Below, in pieces: positions 39,016 to 50,699 of a stretch of DNA of 64,000 nucleotides. Within the stretch, counting starts at the first letter, position 1, and every line of letters starts with the position of its first letter. Origin of the DNA: Octopus sinensis (Eukaryota); contig NC_043026.1 of NCBI RefSeq assembly GCF_006345805.1, forward strand, positions 1,612,001-1,676,000, written 5' to 3'. The notes under the pieces were generated by a model that was not told where the DNA came from, searched no databases, and saw only the letters and a list, made by a program, of their open reading frames with translations. Both the position numbers and the translations under genes were made by a program.

Positions 39016-39168
39016 CTTTAAAGCTAATAGTAATAAAAATGTTTCTACGCTGTAAAATCCTCGATCGACAAAGTCACCCATGAAAAGGTAATTTGTGTCA
39101 GGTACATAACCGCCGACTTTAAATAATTCTTTCAAATCATAAAACTGGCCATGGATGTCACCACACAC
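39016..39168 (-). CDS. PPP4C: PP4C coding exon 3 (VCGDIHG...GDFVDRG...LLALK)
   Basis: PPP-family metal-binding motifs GDIHG and GDFVDRG; 153 nt; acceptor ctccag, donor gtgagt. Confidence 0.98.
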
Positions 39169-40209
39169 CTGGAGAAATAAAGAATGTAAAAAGGTTAAAT
39201 AAAAAAGTTAAACAAAAAAGATAATTATACAAGTAAGGCTTAGCTGTATGGTTAAGAAGTTTGCTTTATAACCATGTGTCCTAGATTTTATCACACTGTA
39301 CAGTAACATCTATAACAGTAGAGAGATAATGTGTTCAGACTGTCGAATCAAACTACATACACTGTATGTGTAAAAAGATACTGGACAAGTCCAGACCGTC
39401 ACACTGAACTACATACAATTAAGCAGTGCATCTCAAAATTACACAGGGTGGTGGAGAGATAACTGGAGTCCAAACTGTTAAATTTTTAACTATATACAAT
39501 TAATCAGTGCATATCAAAAAATACAGAGAACAGAGGAGAGATAACTGGAGTCCAAACTGTCACAATGAGCTACAAATACTTAACCACTGCATTAGATAGT
39601 GTCAAGATAACATGTCCAGACTGTCAAACTGGACTACATACAATTAACCACTGCATTACGCAACATGATTCACAGCTAGACAGAAGTAACATATAACTGG
39701 TGAAATAGATCTGTTGGTCATATAGTTGTTCAGCCTGAGTACCTATGAGCCATAAATCTGGTTGATGACGGGTGGCCTGGGGTTGTAAAACAACAAAAGA
39801 TGGGACAGCAATGGCTAGATACCTTCAGACCATAGATCTGCTCTGGTCCTAAACAATGTCATTCACCATTACAAGTAGCCAAGACTTCTGGTGATTTGCT
39901 GTGCTTGAGAAGACACAAGAAGCCAAGTGAAATTATGGTTGTGGTCAGTGCCAGTATCATGAAAAGGGCACCTGTGCCAGTGACACTCTGTGGAGTGGTT
40001 GGCATTAGGAAGGGCATCCAGCTGTAGAAACGAAGCCAAAATAGACTGGAGTCTGGTGCAATACTGGCTAACCAGTCCCAGTCAAACCATCTAACCCATG
40101 CCAACATGCAAAACGAACACTAAATGATGATGATGATGATTATATGAACAAGCAGCACCACCTTCACACCACTAACGGCCAACGCTATCTTTATACTGGA
40201 AAGTGGAGA

Positions 40210-40830
40210 CATTACATGTCCACTCTATCTCACAACATACTATTTAACCTAGAAACGAAGCCAGTATGCTCCGTTGGATGGGTAATGCCAGAGTACAACA
40301 GAGTGTAAGTGATTTAAGAGAAAAACTGGGTAGACAGGGCATCAGATGTAGTTTGCAAGCAGACTGTGCTAGCATGGCCATGTAATGCATTTGAATGAAG
40401 ACAACGGCATCAAGAAGTGCTGAGCTCTAATTGTGAAGGGAATGTGTGGAAGGGGAAGATCCAAGAAGATGTGGAACAAAGTGGCAAGAAAGGATCTACA
40501 GACGTTGAAATTGACAGGGGACCGAGACCCCTGGGGGTTTGCTGTGCTTGAGAAAACATGCCAAATAAAGTAAAAGTGTGGTTGTCCTTGCATACTGGCT
40601 TGTCCCCTGAATCCCTCTCCAACTGAGCATTCCTAATCTTGTGGGCTGCTGGTGCCACATAAAAAGGACCTGTGCCAGTGCCATATAAACGCACCCAGTG
40701 GAGCACTCTGTAAACAGGTTGGTGTTAGGAAGGGCATCCAGCTGTAGAAAACCATGCCAAAACAGCCTGGGCAGCTCCTGTCAGACCATCCAACCCATGC
40801 CAGCACAGAAAATGGATATTAAATGATAAT
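40210..40830 (+). mobile_element. RTE 3' fragment with tail
   Basis: Similar to the RTE ORF2 C-terminus and 3'UTR; ends in GAT/AAC repeats. Confidence 0.7.
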
Positions 40831-40880
40831 GAACAACAACAACAACAACCAACACTACCATTAGACTACAATCCACTGAC

Positions 40881-41004
40881 CGTGACGGGGGAATCTACTT
40901 TCTGTACATTACTCTCCTCAATCAGGATCTCACGGGCCTTGGCACAGAGGGTCTTCACCTCATTCTCTTTGATAGTTTCGCATCGTCTTAGCTGTTCAAT
41001 TTGT
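40881..41004 (-). CDS. PPP4C: PP4C coding exon 2 ([41 protein letters not shown])
   Basis: Not in the ORF track; translated by hand. Acceptor ttttttccag, donor gtcagt, 124 nt, phase 2 to 0, matching its neighbours. Confidence 0.96.
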
Positions 41005-41249
41005 CTGGAAAAAATGAACGAGAGATAATAGGTTAAATACTTCAAAGAAACTCATCCCATTAGAACAACACTTGTTCTTTCATTTAATCCTTTAGCATTT
41101 AAACTGGACATCTACCATGATCTTTGATTGCAATCTTATGGAAATAAACATAATCATCTCAGACCTCCTCATTTCCTATATATTCCAAACCCTTCATGGA
41201 ATAATCATCAATGATTAGATTTCCTAGATTTCAAATGGCCAATGACATA

Positions 41250-41412
41250 CCTCTACTCAACTACCGAACTCTCACTTCTGACGGCTCCACTCAACAGAAC
41301 TCAACGTCTACCGATGGCTCTGGCTTCCGACTAGCTATCACATCCACTATTTATACGTACTGGGTTAGCCTACTTATTGTCTGGGGGCATCCACACAACA
41401 CCTCCCTCTTTT
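41250..41412 (-). repeat. 3' LTR start with polypurine tract
   Basis: On the minus strand, AAAAGAGGGAGG (41412-41401) directly precedes TGTTGTG (41400); TATAAATA at 41355-41348. The LTR end is not resolved. Confidence 0.75.
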
Positions 41413-44400
41413 GAGAGTTTTTTTTTTTCTAAACCCGAATTTATCAATTTTATTTCCTTGGTGAGAAACTGGCAGATCTTTTCTCTTAGAGTTAATTTCC
41501 ATCATTTCTGTAGGTTTTCTCTTCATGTTTGACCTACATGTCAGTTCTGCTTGTGGTTCTGCTACCTCTAACAAATCATGCCATATATCCACTGGTTCCT
41601 CTTGCCTCTCTTGAATTTTTGGTATATCTTTTTATTAATTGGTTTACATGCCTTCTGTGTTCATGTTTTGGTCCTTTTACCATGTACATCACATTACCCA
41701 GACGTAGTTACAGTCCCTTATTCCCAGTCCTGTTTTCCGTTTCTATATATTTTAAAATACACTTCATTACCCATGTTAAAAAATTTCGTTCTTCCCGAAT
41801 TTTCTATTTCCTACTCGGCAACAATTTATCAAAGATAGAACAAATTTTTCTGGGAAACATCAAATCTGTGGGTGACCTACCCGACTCTGCATTTGGATTC
41901 GGTGTTATTCATTCAATACACCTGAAAAAACTTTCTCAATTCTGTATCTTCAAGGGTTTCCCATCTGGTCTTTCTTAAAGCTCCCTTGAATGTGTGGACG
42001 AATCTTTCCGCTAACCTATTTGACCATGTATGGTATGGCAGAGTTAATACATGCTTCATTTGAACCGACTTACAGAATCTTTCGAACTCCTTCGCCATGA
42101 ATTGTGTACCATTATCTGACACGATCGTATCTGGCACCCCATAACGAGCAAATAATTCTTCCAAGAAGTCAATCGTCATATTTGTGGTTGGCCTTGAACA
42201 TTTACACACTTCAGGCCATTTGGAATAGCTATCCACCACAATGATATAATGAGAGCCATTTATTGGTCCTGCGAAATCCACATGTAGTCTAGACCATGCC
42301 GATTCAGTTTTTGGCCACGGTTGAATCTGCACTGGGGGCGCCTTTGCTGTCATAATGCATCCCTTACACTGTTTTACCAGTCTCTCAATTTGCTTGTTCA
42401 TATTCGGCCAATAAACGTAACTCCTCATGAGGCTCTTCATCCGGACAATCCCAGCATGTCCTACATGGAAGTCTTTTAATACTCTGTATTGTAGCACTTC
42501 AGGTATTACCACTCTTTGTGCATATAACACCTCATCACATATTGAATACTGCTTTGAACCTGCGTCCTGCTCATATTTTTCGTGTTACTCAACAATTTTA
42601 AAATCTTGTTTATAAACCTATCTTTCCCTAATTCCAATTTAATTTGTTCCAGTGTTACCAGAAAATCATGTACTGCATTGCACAAAATGTTCTTCAGTTC
42701 CATTTCTAGTTTTAACAATGCAATCACCGTATCTTCAAAAGGTTTCTCATATTTTGGAATTAGCCTAGACAACCCTTCTGCGTGTCCCATTTTCATTGAT
42801 GGCAAAAACTCCACCTGGAAATCGTAGTCCAACAGGGTAGTCTCCCAGCGCTGGAAGCGGTTTGCTGAGTGCATGGGGATATTCTTTTTCAAACCAAAAA
42901 TAGACAGTAACGGTCAGTGATCTGTTTGCAGTGTAAACTTTCTCCCATGTAAGAATTTATGGAATTTTTTTACTCTTTTTCAATCTGGCTGTAGTTTCTT
43001 TCCACTGGTAATAGAACTCACGATGCATGCTTTGATTTTACCCTCATTAAATTTATGCAATATCACAGCTCCTATTCCATATTCACTGGCATCCGATGCC
43101 ACAATTATTTTCAGGTTTGGGGTGAAATGAGTTAATGATAACTCTGATGTTAACTGCTTTTTTAATTCCTCAAATGCTTTCTGACATTCGTTTGTCCAGA
43201 CCCATTTCAAGTCCTTAAGCAACTTGTTCAATGGAGCTCTTAGCTCATACATTTTAGGTATGTACAGCTGGTAATAACTTACCAGACCTGAAAATGCTTG
43301 TAGTGTTGTTTTGTTAGTGGGAGCAGGCATTTTTTTTTATCGCGTCGATCCTAGAAGGGTCTGGTTTACATCCGTTTTCATCAATCACCTGTCCTAAGTA
43401 CTTTTTTTGTCAAGAAAAATTCACATTTTATCTTCACAAACCCATAATTGCTTATTCGTTTGAAAACCTCTTGTTTGCAATATGTTGGTCCTTCAATTCA
43501 CTTTTGATCAATATGTCATCCAAGTATGGGACCGCGAACTCACAATCTGCTAGCATAGTATCCATCACTTGCTGAAACATTGCTGGTGCGACCTTAACCC
43601 CAAATGAGAGTCTTTTGAAACGGTATAGACCTTTATGAGTATTGATTGTTAATACTTTAGCACGTTCTTCATCTACCAGTAATTGGAGGTAGGCCTCTGA
43701 CAAATCCAGCTTGGAAAAAATTTTCCCACCATTGCACTTAGCAAATATTTCTTCTGGGTTTGGAAGCGGATAATTGTAATTTATTAAACAATCATTAAGA
43801 CCAGTTGAGAAGTCCACACATACTCTTATTTCGTTGTTCTTCTTTTTTATATATAGAGTAGGAGCCGCCCACTCAGAGTAATCTACTTTTTCAATTACCT
43901 CCATATCTTCCAATCTTTTTAATTCCTTCTCAACTTGGTTTAACGCTGCAAAAGGTACATTCCTTTTCGGTTTGAACACCAGTACCACATTTTCTTTCAA
44001 CTCAAACTTTAATTTTTTTACACGTACCAAGTTCTTTAGAAAACACATCTGGGTACATCTTTTCCAATTCTAATTTCAATTTTTCTGATGCTTTCTCTGA
44101 TACATTCACCTTGTTACATAATGTATTCAGTGGTAGATCCTACAGGTTGAATTCTTCCATGAAATCTGTCCCAAACAGATTCATTGTATTCTTAGATATC
44201 ATTAGCTTACTTTTCTGTGTCATGTTTTTAAGTTTTATTTCTGGTGAAATTTCGCACAGGAATTGAACTCCTTCCCCTGACCTATCCTAGTAGTTTTTAT
44301 ACACTGGCTTGCCTATCTTACTCCATGTTGCCGTATTTATTATCGAAATGTCTGAACCAGTATCTAATTGCATTTTGGTCTGCAAACCATTTATTTCTAC

Positions 44401-44790
44401 CAACACAAATTTTCAATTTTGTCTGGTATAATTTACTTTTGTTGAGTAGACTTTCTTCTGTTTTACAATTTTCTTTCACCAGCATTTCGTCTGTATAAGC
44501 TCAATTTTACCACACTTTAAACATGTTTTATCTTTCAAGGGGTAATCTTTCCTCAAATGTCCGTCTCCACAACTACAGCACCATTTTGAATTTATATATT
44601 TTCTTCTATCTGTACTTTCTTTACACATTTGTACATTCCTATTATTGTCTTCTATTTTTCTTGTATCTTCTCGAAGGTTTATCATTTGTTGGCATTCCTC
44701 AGCCACTTTCTGCAAGGTTAGTTTCACATCTTGATTCAGCTTTGATAATATTCTTTTTCTAATTTCTGAGTCTTCCATTGCCACCAGCCC
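41250..44790 (-). mobile_element. Ty3/Gypsy LTR retrotransposon remnant (probably Mag-like): gag knuckle, RT, RNase H, integrase, 3' LTR
   Basis: Degenerate Cys/His knuckle (44476..44784), RT with YLDD (43452..44048), RNase H (DASEYGIGAV), integrase (HVGHAGIVRMK...WSRLHVDFAG...SDNG); order RT-RH-IN. The 5' end is lost. Confidence 0.9.
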
Positions 44791-45741
44791 TTTAGGCAGG
44801 TATGACAGTGATATTCATTTACAACTATTATGCAATATCAAGACGAGGGGGCACAAAGACACAAACATCTATCTATACATTGTCATTTAATGTCCGTTTC
44901 CCAGGCTGCCATGGGTTGGAGAGTTTAACCACAGCTGATAAAGGCCAGGGTCTGCACCAGGCTTCACAGTCTGTTTGGTATGGTTTTCATGGTTGGATGC
45001 ACTTTGTAATGCCAACTACATTAGAGAGTGGACCAAGTTCATTTTATGTGACACCAGCACCAGTGAGGTCTGTTTTGGCATGGTTTTTATGGTTGGAAGC
45101 CCTTCCTGATGCCAACCACTTTACAGAGGGGACTGAGTGCTTTTTATGTGGCACCTGCAGAGTCACCAAGAATAAATCCATTTTTATGTCTTATTTTGGT
45201 AAAATCCTTAGAGTCCTCAACTGAACATAACTATCACACCAACAATATGTAGAATGTGAATTTGTGGTGTAAATCCATGTTTTGGAGAATATAATGTACT
45301 GTTCCGTTACATACATATATCCACACAATTGACTCCTTTCAGTTTCCAATATGAATTCTACTCGTTATCTGTCAGTTGTTTCAGTCATTTCACTGCGACT
45401 ATGCCGGGGCACTGCCTTGATTTTAGTTGAACAAACCAACCCCTGGGCTTAGATTTTTGCAAAGCCTGGTACTTATTCGATTGGTCACTTTTGCTGAATT
45501 GCTGAGTTACGGGGGACGTAAACACACTAACACCAGTTGTCAAGTGGTGGTAGGGGGGACAGATAAATAGAAAGACACACACACACACACATATATATAT
45601 ATATGATGGGCTTCTTTCAGTTCCCATCCACCAAATACACTCACAGGGCTTTTCTCAGCCAAAAGCCTATAGTAGAAGACACTTGCCCAAGGTGCCATGT
45701 GGCTAGGAACCACACAGCCACTTGTTCCTATATATATATAC

Positions 45742-45985
45742 TGTTGTATTTAGGAATGGTCATTTTGCCATTATTTAAAAAATTTTTCTTAAGCTTATTT
45801 CGGCCAGAGTTCTTTCGTCACACTCCTGTGACCTCATCAGTGGTCCTTTGCTTTCTTCTTTCTTATTTGTGCGTCTCTCCTTACTAACGGTCAGCTATTT
45901 TGTATTCCTATTGTATGTGTCTTCATTTGTGCATGCGTATACCTCTATGGCTAAACTGGCAAAATGACCATTCCTAAATACAACA
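45742..45985. mobile_element. 244-bp inverted-repeat-bounded module with a hammerhead-like core
   Basis: 45742-45770 is the exact reverse complement of 45957-45985 (29/29). Confidence 0.8.
45802..45846 (-). ncRNA. Minimal type I hammerhead ribozyme-like motif
   Basis: GGACCA CUGAUGA G GUCAC-AGGAGU-GUGAC GAAA GAAC UC^UGGCC. Confidence 0.55.
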
Positions 45986-46419
45986 ATATCTGTTTCAGCA
46001 CACAATTTCACATCAAAAATCTTTTAAAACCAATATATAAACATAATATATGTATATCCCTCTCTCTCTCTTTCGGAGAGGCACAAGCACCTACACGCAC
46101 ACATACACACACGGCAGTAACTCCCGCCTACCGAATTCAATCACAAAGCTTCGGTCGGCTCGGGGCTATAGTGGAAGACACCTACCCAAAGCGCCACGCA
46201 GTGGGACTGAACCCGAAACCATGTAGCTAGGAAGCAAGCTCCCTAACCACACAGCCATGCCCGCGCCTATTATATGTATATATAATATATAATATATATA
46301 TATATACTTTTAACTCTTTTACTTGTTTCAGCCATTTGACTATATATATAATACACACACACACATTGTATGTGTCCATATAAATTATCTCAAGACAGCA
46401 TCTCAAACTATATACATAC

Positions 46420-46445
46420 CTGTCTAAATCACTGTATTCGGTCAT
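46420..46445 (-). CDS. PPP4C: PP4 catalytic subunit, coding exon 1 (MTEYSDLD + split R codon)
   Basis: ATG at 46445, donor AG|gtatgt at 46419. Upstream acceptor ttttgattccag at 46472-46471 implies 25 nt of 5'UTR in this exon (46446-46470) and a further upstream non-coding exon. Peptide resembles the PP4C N-terminus (human MAEISDLDR). Confidence 0.9.
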
Positions 46446-46581
46446 TGTGGTTCGGATGCCCTATCACTTCCTGGAATCAAAAACAAAAACAACATCAATA
46501 ATAATTATAATAAAAATCTCTCGCATTAAAAGGCCACACCTACTAAAAAGTGAAAGGGATTGAGGAAATTTAAAATAAAAA

Positions 46582-46720
46582 ATTTGATCTATTATGAACC
46601 ATATTTGGATTACCAGATTTGATCTATTATGAACCATATTTGGATTACCAGATTTGATCTATTATGAACCATATTTGGATTACCAGATTTGATCTATTAT
46701 GAACCATATTTGGATTACCA
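46582..46720. repeat. Four identical 35-bp tandem units
   Basis: ATTTGATCTATTATGAACCATATTTGGATTACCAG x4 (last base of copy 4 differs). Confidence 0.97.
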
Positions 46721-46889
46721 AATATGTGCAAGCCTTTGGTTGTTGGTATGTTTCACTTTTTCTCTCTGTTTTATTTGGTTGAAGTACTCTGGTGAATTAT
46801 TGTTACTGTTTTGGTGAAAAGAACTGTTGTTTGCTTATTTTTTTGGAAGCTGCTTGTTGAAATTCCCTCCTGCGGGGGAATTGTTGTTG

Positions 46890-49623
46890 TTATATCTTGT
46901 GGATTTTTAAGCCAATTTTGTGGAATAAAAAAAAGAAAAAAGAAACTTCTATGCATGCACCATTCTCAGACTCACCTGTACCTGAATCAGGTGAAGAAAG
47001 AATTTCACCGGCAGTTACGCCGAGAGAGCCAACTTTTTTGAAGAGAAAAAAATCAGTGGCAGTGTTGCCAAAAAAGTTTGCCGAGGTAGCAGGAAGAAAA
47101 GAAACCAAGTTAATTACGGAGAAAAGTAATCTGCTAAGATACATGTCCATACTAAAAAAAGAAGGGTCTGAGATTCGAGTGGCTACTCCGGAAGAAACAA
47201 CTGACATGGTTAACAGGAGGAGAATCATCTATTAAACCTACAACATTGGTAAAAAAAGGATATATAAAACAGAGGAGAAAATTGTGGAAAAATGCCTCAA
47301 ACCCATTTGGCCTGATATTACATATATTAACCATGACAAAAGATTTGGAACAGTCAAAGTGAGGTTTAGGTCAGAGGAAGCAACCAAGAAGTACTCCTTG
47401 GAGACCCTCAGAATGGAGGAGCTGGTTCTTCTTCCCGTATACATGGGAAGAAGAACGGCGAAGGTGAAAATCAACAACATCCCCCCCAGAAATTGATGCC
47501 ACCTGTTTAGTGGCAGCTATCACAATGGGCCTGGATGAAAAAATAACTATTCTCCAGGCCTCTGTGGAAAAGGAGGAGAACTGGAAGGGACAATGCTTGA
47601 CAATGTTAATTCAAGCAGAAGTCACAACCCTCGGTGGAGAAGAAAGATTAATAGTATTTGTGGAAGGAAGAAAACCAAGGTGTTTTAACTGCAGGTTGAA
47701 GGGCCACATCAGGTCGGAGTGTAAACCAAAAGAGAAGGAACAAAAAGAAGTACTAGAAGAAACAACAAATGAAACACCAGCACCAAAAGAAGACTTAACA
47801 CCAATATAGACAGAAGAGAGTGAAGAGAAGGACAGAGAGGAGGGGTGGGCGACTGTTTTCAAAAAAAAAGAAGAAAAAAACACAGACCACCCCTACTAAA
47901 CTGAACTTAAGAAAGAAGAACAAGAAAGCAAATGAAAACACACACACATGGCCATAAAGGCTTCAAACAATCGACTGATTAACCGTTTGGCAGCCATTTC
48001 ATCAGTAGAAAAACATCTTCAAAACACTTTCTCATCTACAAGATAGGCCGGAAAGATTATGGACGGATTAAGTCCGAATTCTTTCACAACGTAGGCCCTC
48101 TCAGAATGGATTTTTCTCCATACATTTACGAGGGCTTACGTCCAAATACGTAAGAAAACGAGAAGGAAGGAACGTCGAAGCACTGATGCAGAGGTAAGCA
48201 ATGTCAAGCATTCACGGAGGTTGTAGAAATGTGCGTGGCTTGAGGTCAAGCTGGAAGCAAGGTCGCTTCCTTAATGACATCAGGTTGCGTAATTTGGATG
48301 TTATTGTTGCTACAGAAACCCAATTAAGGGGGCTAAGAGATCTGCTCCCACTGTTGGATGGCTATGAGAGTTTTTTCTCTCCAGGCAGTCCTTCCAGCGG
48401 GAGCGGGGTGTTGGTCCTGTTAAAAAGAAACTGGGTTTCTGAGAAAAAGTTAATTTTTTCAGATCCAGAAGGTAGGCTGGTCATCATGGACTTGACGTTC
48501 AGTCGTGGTAAAGTTATCAGACTGGTTGCAATTTATGCACCCACACCAACTGAGTAAAGTGAGTATTTTCGGAACCTGGAGAAGTTTCTTGGTACATCAC
48601 ATTCTTTAGTTGTGCTAGAAGACTACAACACAATTTGCGAGGCACACGTAGATTATGTTGACTCGTATACAGATAGAAAAGGTTGTCATGGCTTCCTGAA
48701 ACTGCTAAGCCGCTTTGAGCTAGCAGATCCTTATAGGTTGGAATTTCCGAACGCTCCATTGTGGACATGGTCAAGCAGCAACGGATCTTCCAGGTCATAC
48801 CTAGATAGAGTGTTAATTAGAAAAGCAGATAGAAAGATACCTAGGTGTCCACAGTTTCACCCAGTCACCTACAGTGATCATAAAATGGTCACCTGTAAGC
48901 TTGACATGGATAAGATATATAATAGAGGCTCCGGATTAAGATGTTGATTCAGAGGGCATTAACTGGTTTCATTATTAATAATAAATGGTGGTATGCCCTC
49001 AAGCGAGCCATAAAATTTGAGTGTATTAGATATAGCATAGATTTAGTGGCTAGAGAGGCTAGGAGGGAATCAACTTTAGTTAAGGAGTTAGAGGAAGCAA
49101 TGAAAACTGGCTCTGCGGCTCAGGTGAAGGCCAAGAGACTGGCATTAAACCAGCACCTTGAAGCCAAACACATGGGTTGCATTGTCAGGGCTAGGCTTCG
49201 TGCAGTGGGTTGTGAGGGGATCAAGGCTGCAGGATGGGCCGGAGTGGTAGAAGCCCAACATGGCAATGATGCCACAATCCGATCTTTGATGACCCCAACA
49301 AGGTAAGTTGATAAATGAGCCCAAGGAGATGTGTGAGGCTTTTCAGGAGCACTTCGCCCAGCTTTTCAGTGGGGGCGGCGAACCAGATAGTAGGAGGGAC
49401 CTTTCGGACTTCCTCGCCGGGCTGCCGCACCTATCAGGGCAGGACGTGGAGTACTGTGAAGGGCCAATCACGCTTGAGGAGGTAATTGAGGCTATGGCAG
49501 ACTGCGGTGCGGGTAGGGCACCGGGACTGGATGGTCTACCCTATGAGATGTATAAGAGTATGCCAGACTTGTTTGGGCACCTGCTGGCGAATGTCTACGT
49601 GAACTGGCAGCAGAACGGGTTTA
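46890..49623 (+). mobile_element. L1/Tx1-type LINE: ORF1 (RRM-like + CCHC knuckle) and ORF2 (APE endonuclease, start of RT), 3'-truncated
   Basis: CFNCRLKGHIRSEC knuckle; NVRGL...ATETQL, AIYAP, DYN, SYLDR..I, SDH endonuclease motifs; RAPGLDGLPYEMYK pre-RT motif; ends abruptly at a SINE tail. Confidence 0.85.
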
Positions 49624-50699
49624 TTCTTGGATCGAACAATAGACTGATAGAATAAGTACTAGGCTTTGACTAAAAATCCCTTTAAAGCAGTACTCCAGCA
49701 TAGCCGCAGTCAATGACTCAAATAAGCATATACAGTGTCCTCACTCCTAGACCAGCTGTTTAACCCTTTAGCATTCAGGTTACTCTGTCAAATGTATTGC
49801 TTATTTATTCACATTGTTTTGAATTAGTCATGCACTGTCTTGTAGCTTCATAGTTTCAATGATGTTTGTTTATTTTTAGAATGACATTGTAGGGTAGGTG
49901 TGAGAGACTGGTTCTGGTTGCTTTGATCATAAAATGGGTAGAATATTTGGGCCAGATGTGGCCAGTTTCAATACTAAAGGGTTACAGAAAAGTTGGCAAC
50001 TTGATTTCAGGTTTGAATTTGGATCCCACAAAGTGACCTGATCGATCCAGTGGAAGTTACAACTTGCACTGCTCACCTATGCTTTAAATCATGGAGATCT
50101 CCAGTGGAACTGAATGGTTATCTGAAAGGTCATGGATGGAATGATGGAGGAGTGGGTACTAGGAGGATGAGAGACATGAGAACAGACTGGGTGTAAGAAA
50201 AAACACATAAACGATATGCTTTTAAAGGCCCCATTTTTGCTGAAATGGATGAGTCTTGTCAAACAAAGCAAATCACTAATCATTCCAGAGCTTTGTGAAA
50301 CTTAACATCCAGGGGCTATTCTTTCTGTCCTACATCTTCCACAAGTTCCATCCACAATCAGCGAATGCTGCTTCTTTATGCAGCTAACCTCATCCATATA
50401 CATCACATGACTTTCTTGCACACCAAATCTGATATCTCTTACACCCAAGGGCATCTAACATTTTTTTGGCATATCCACTGCATTTGTGGCCCATGTCTCT
50501 ACCATGTAGCATTGCTTTATGTACACAAGCATCATACTATCTTTTATTCTAAGAGAGTGGTCTTTGCTTACCAACAGAGGTAAGAGTTCTTAGAATTTTC
50601 TCCAGACAGTTCTTATTCTAGTGACTCTGCTTTTGGAGTATCCTCCTCCACTGCTAATTAGGTTGCCTAAGTAACAGAAATATCTACTCTCTCTAAGGA

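Noticed and set aside
46227-46419. Continuation of the MTEYSDLDR ORF as a separate protein
   Set aside because: Reads through the splice donor into intronic low-complexity sequence and a SINE.
46582-46720. 35-bp repeats as a CRISPR array
   Set aside because: Head-to-tail with no spacers, no cas genes, eukaryotic intron.
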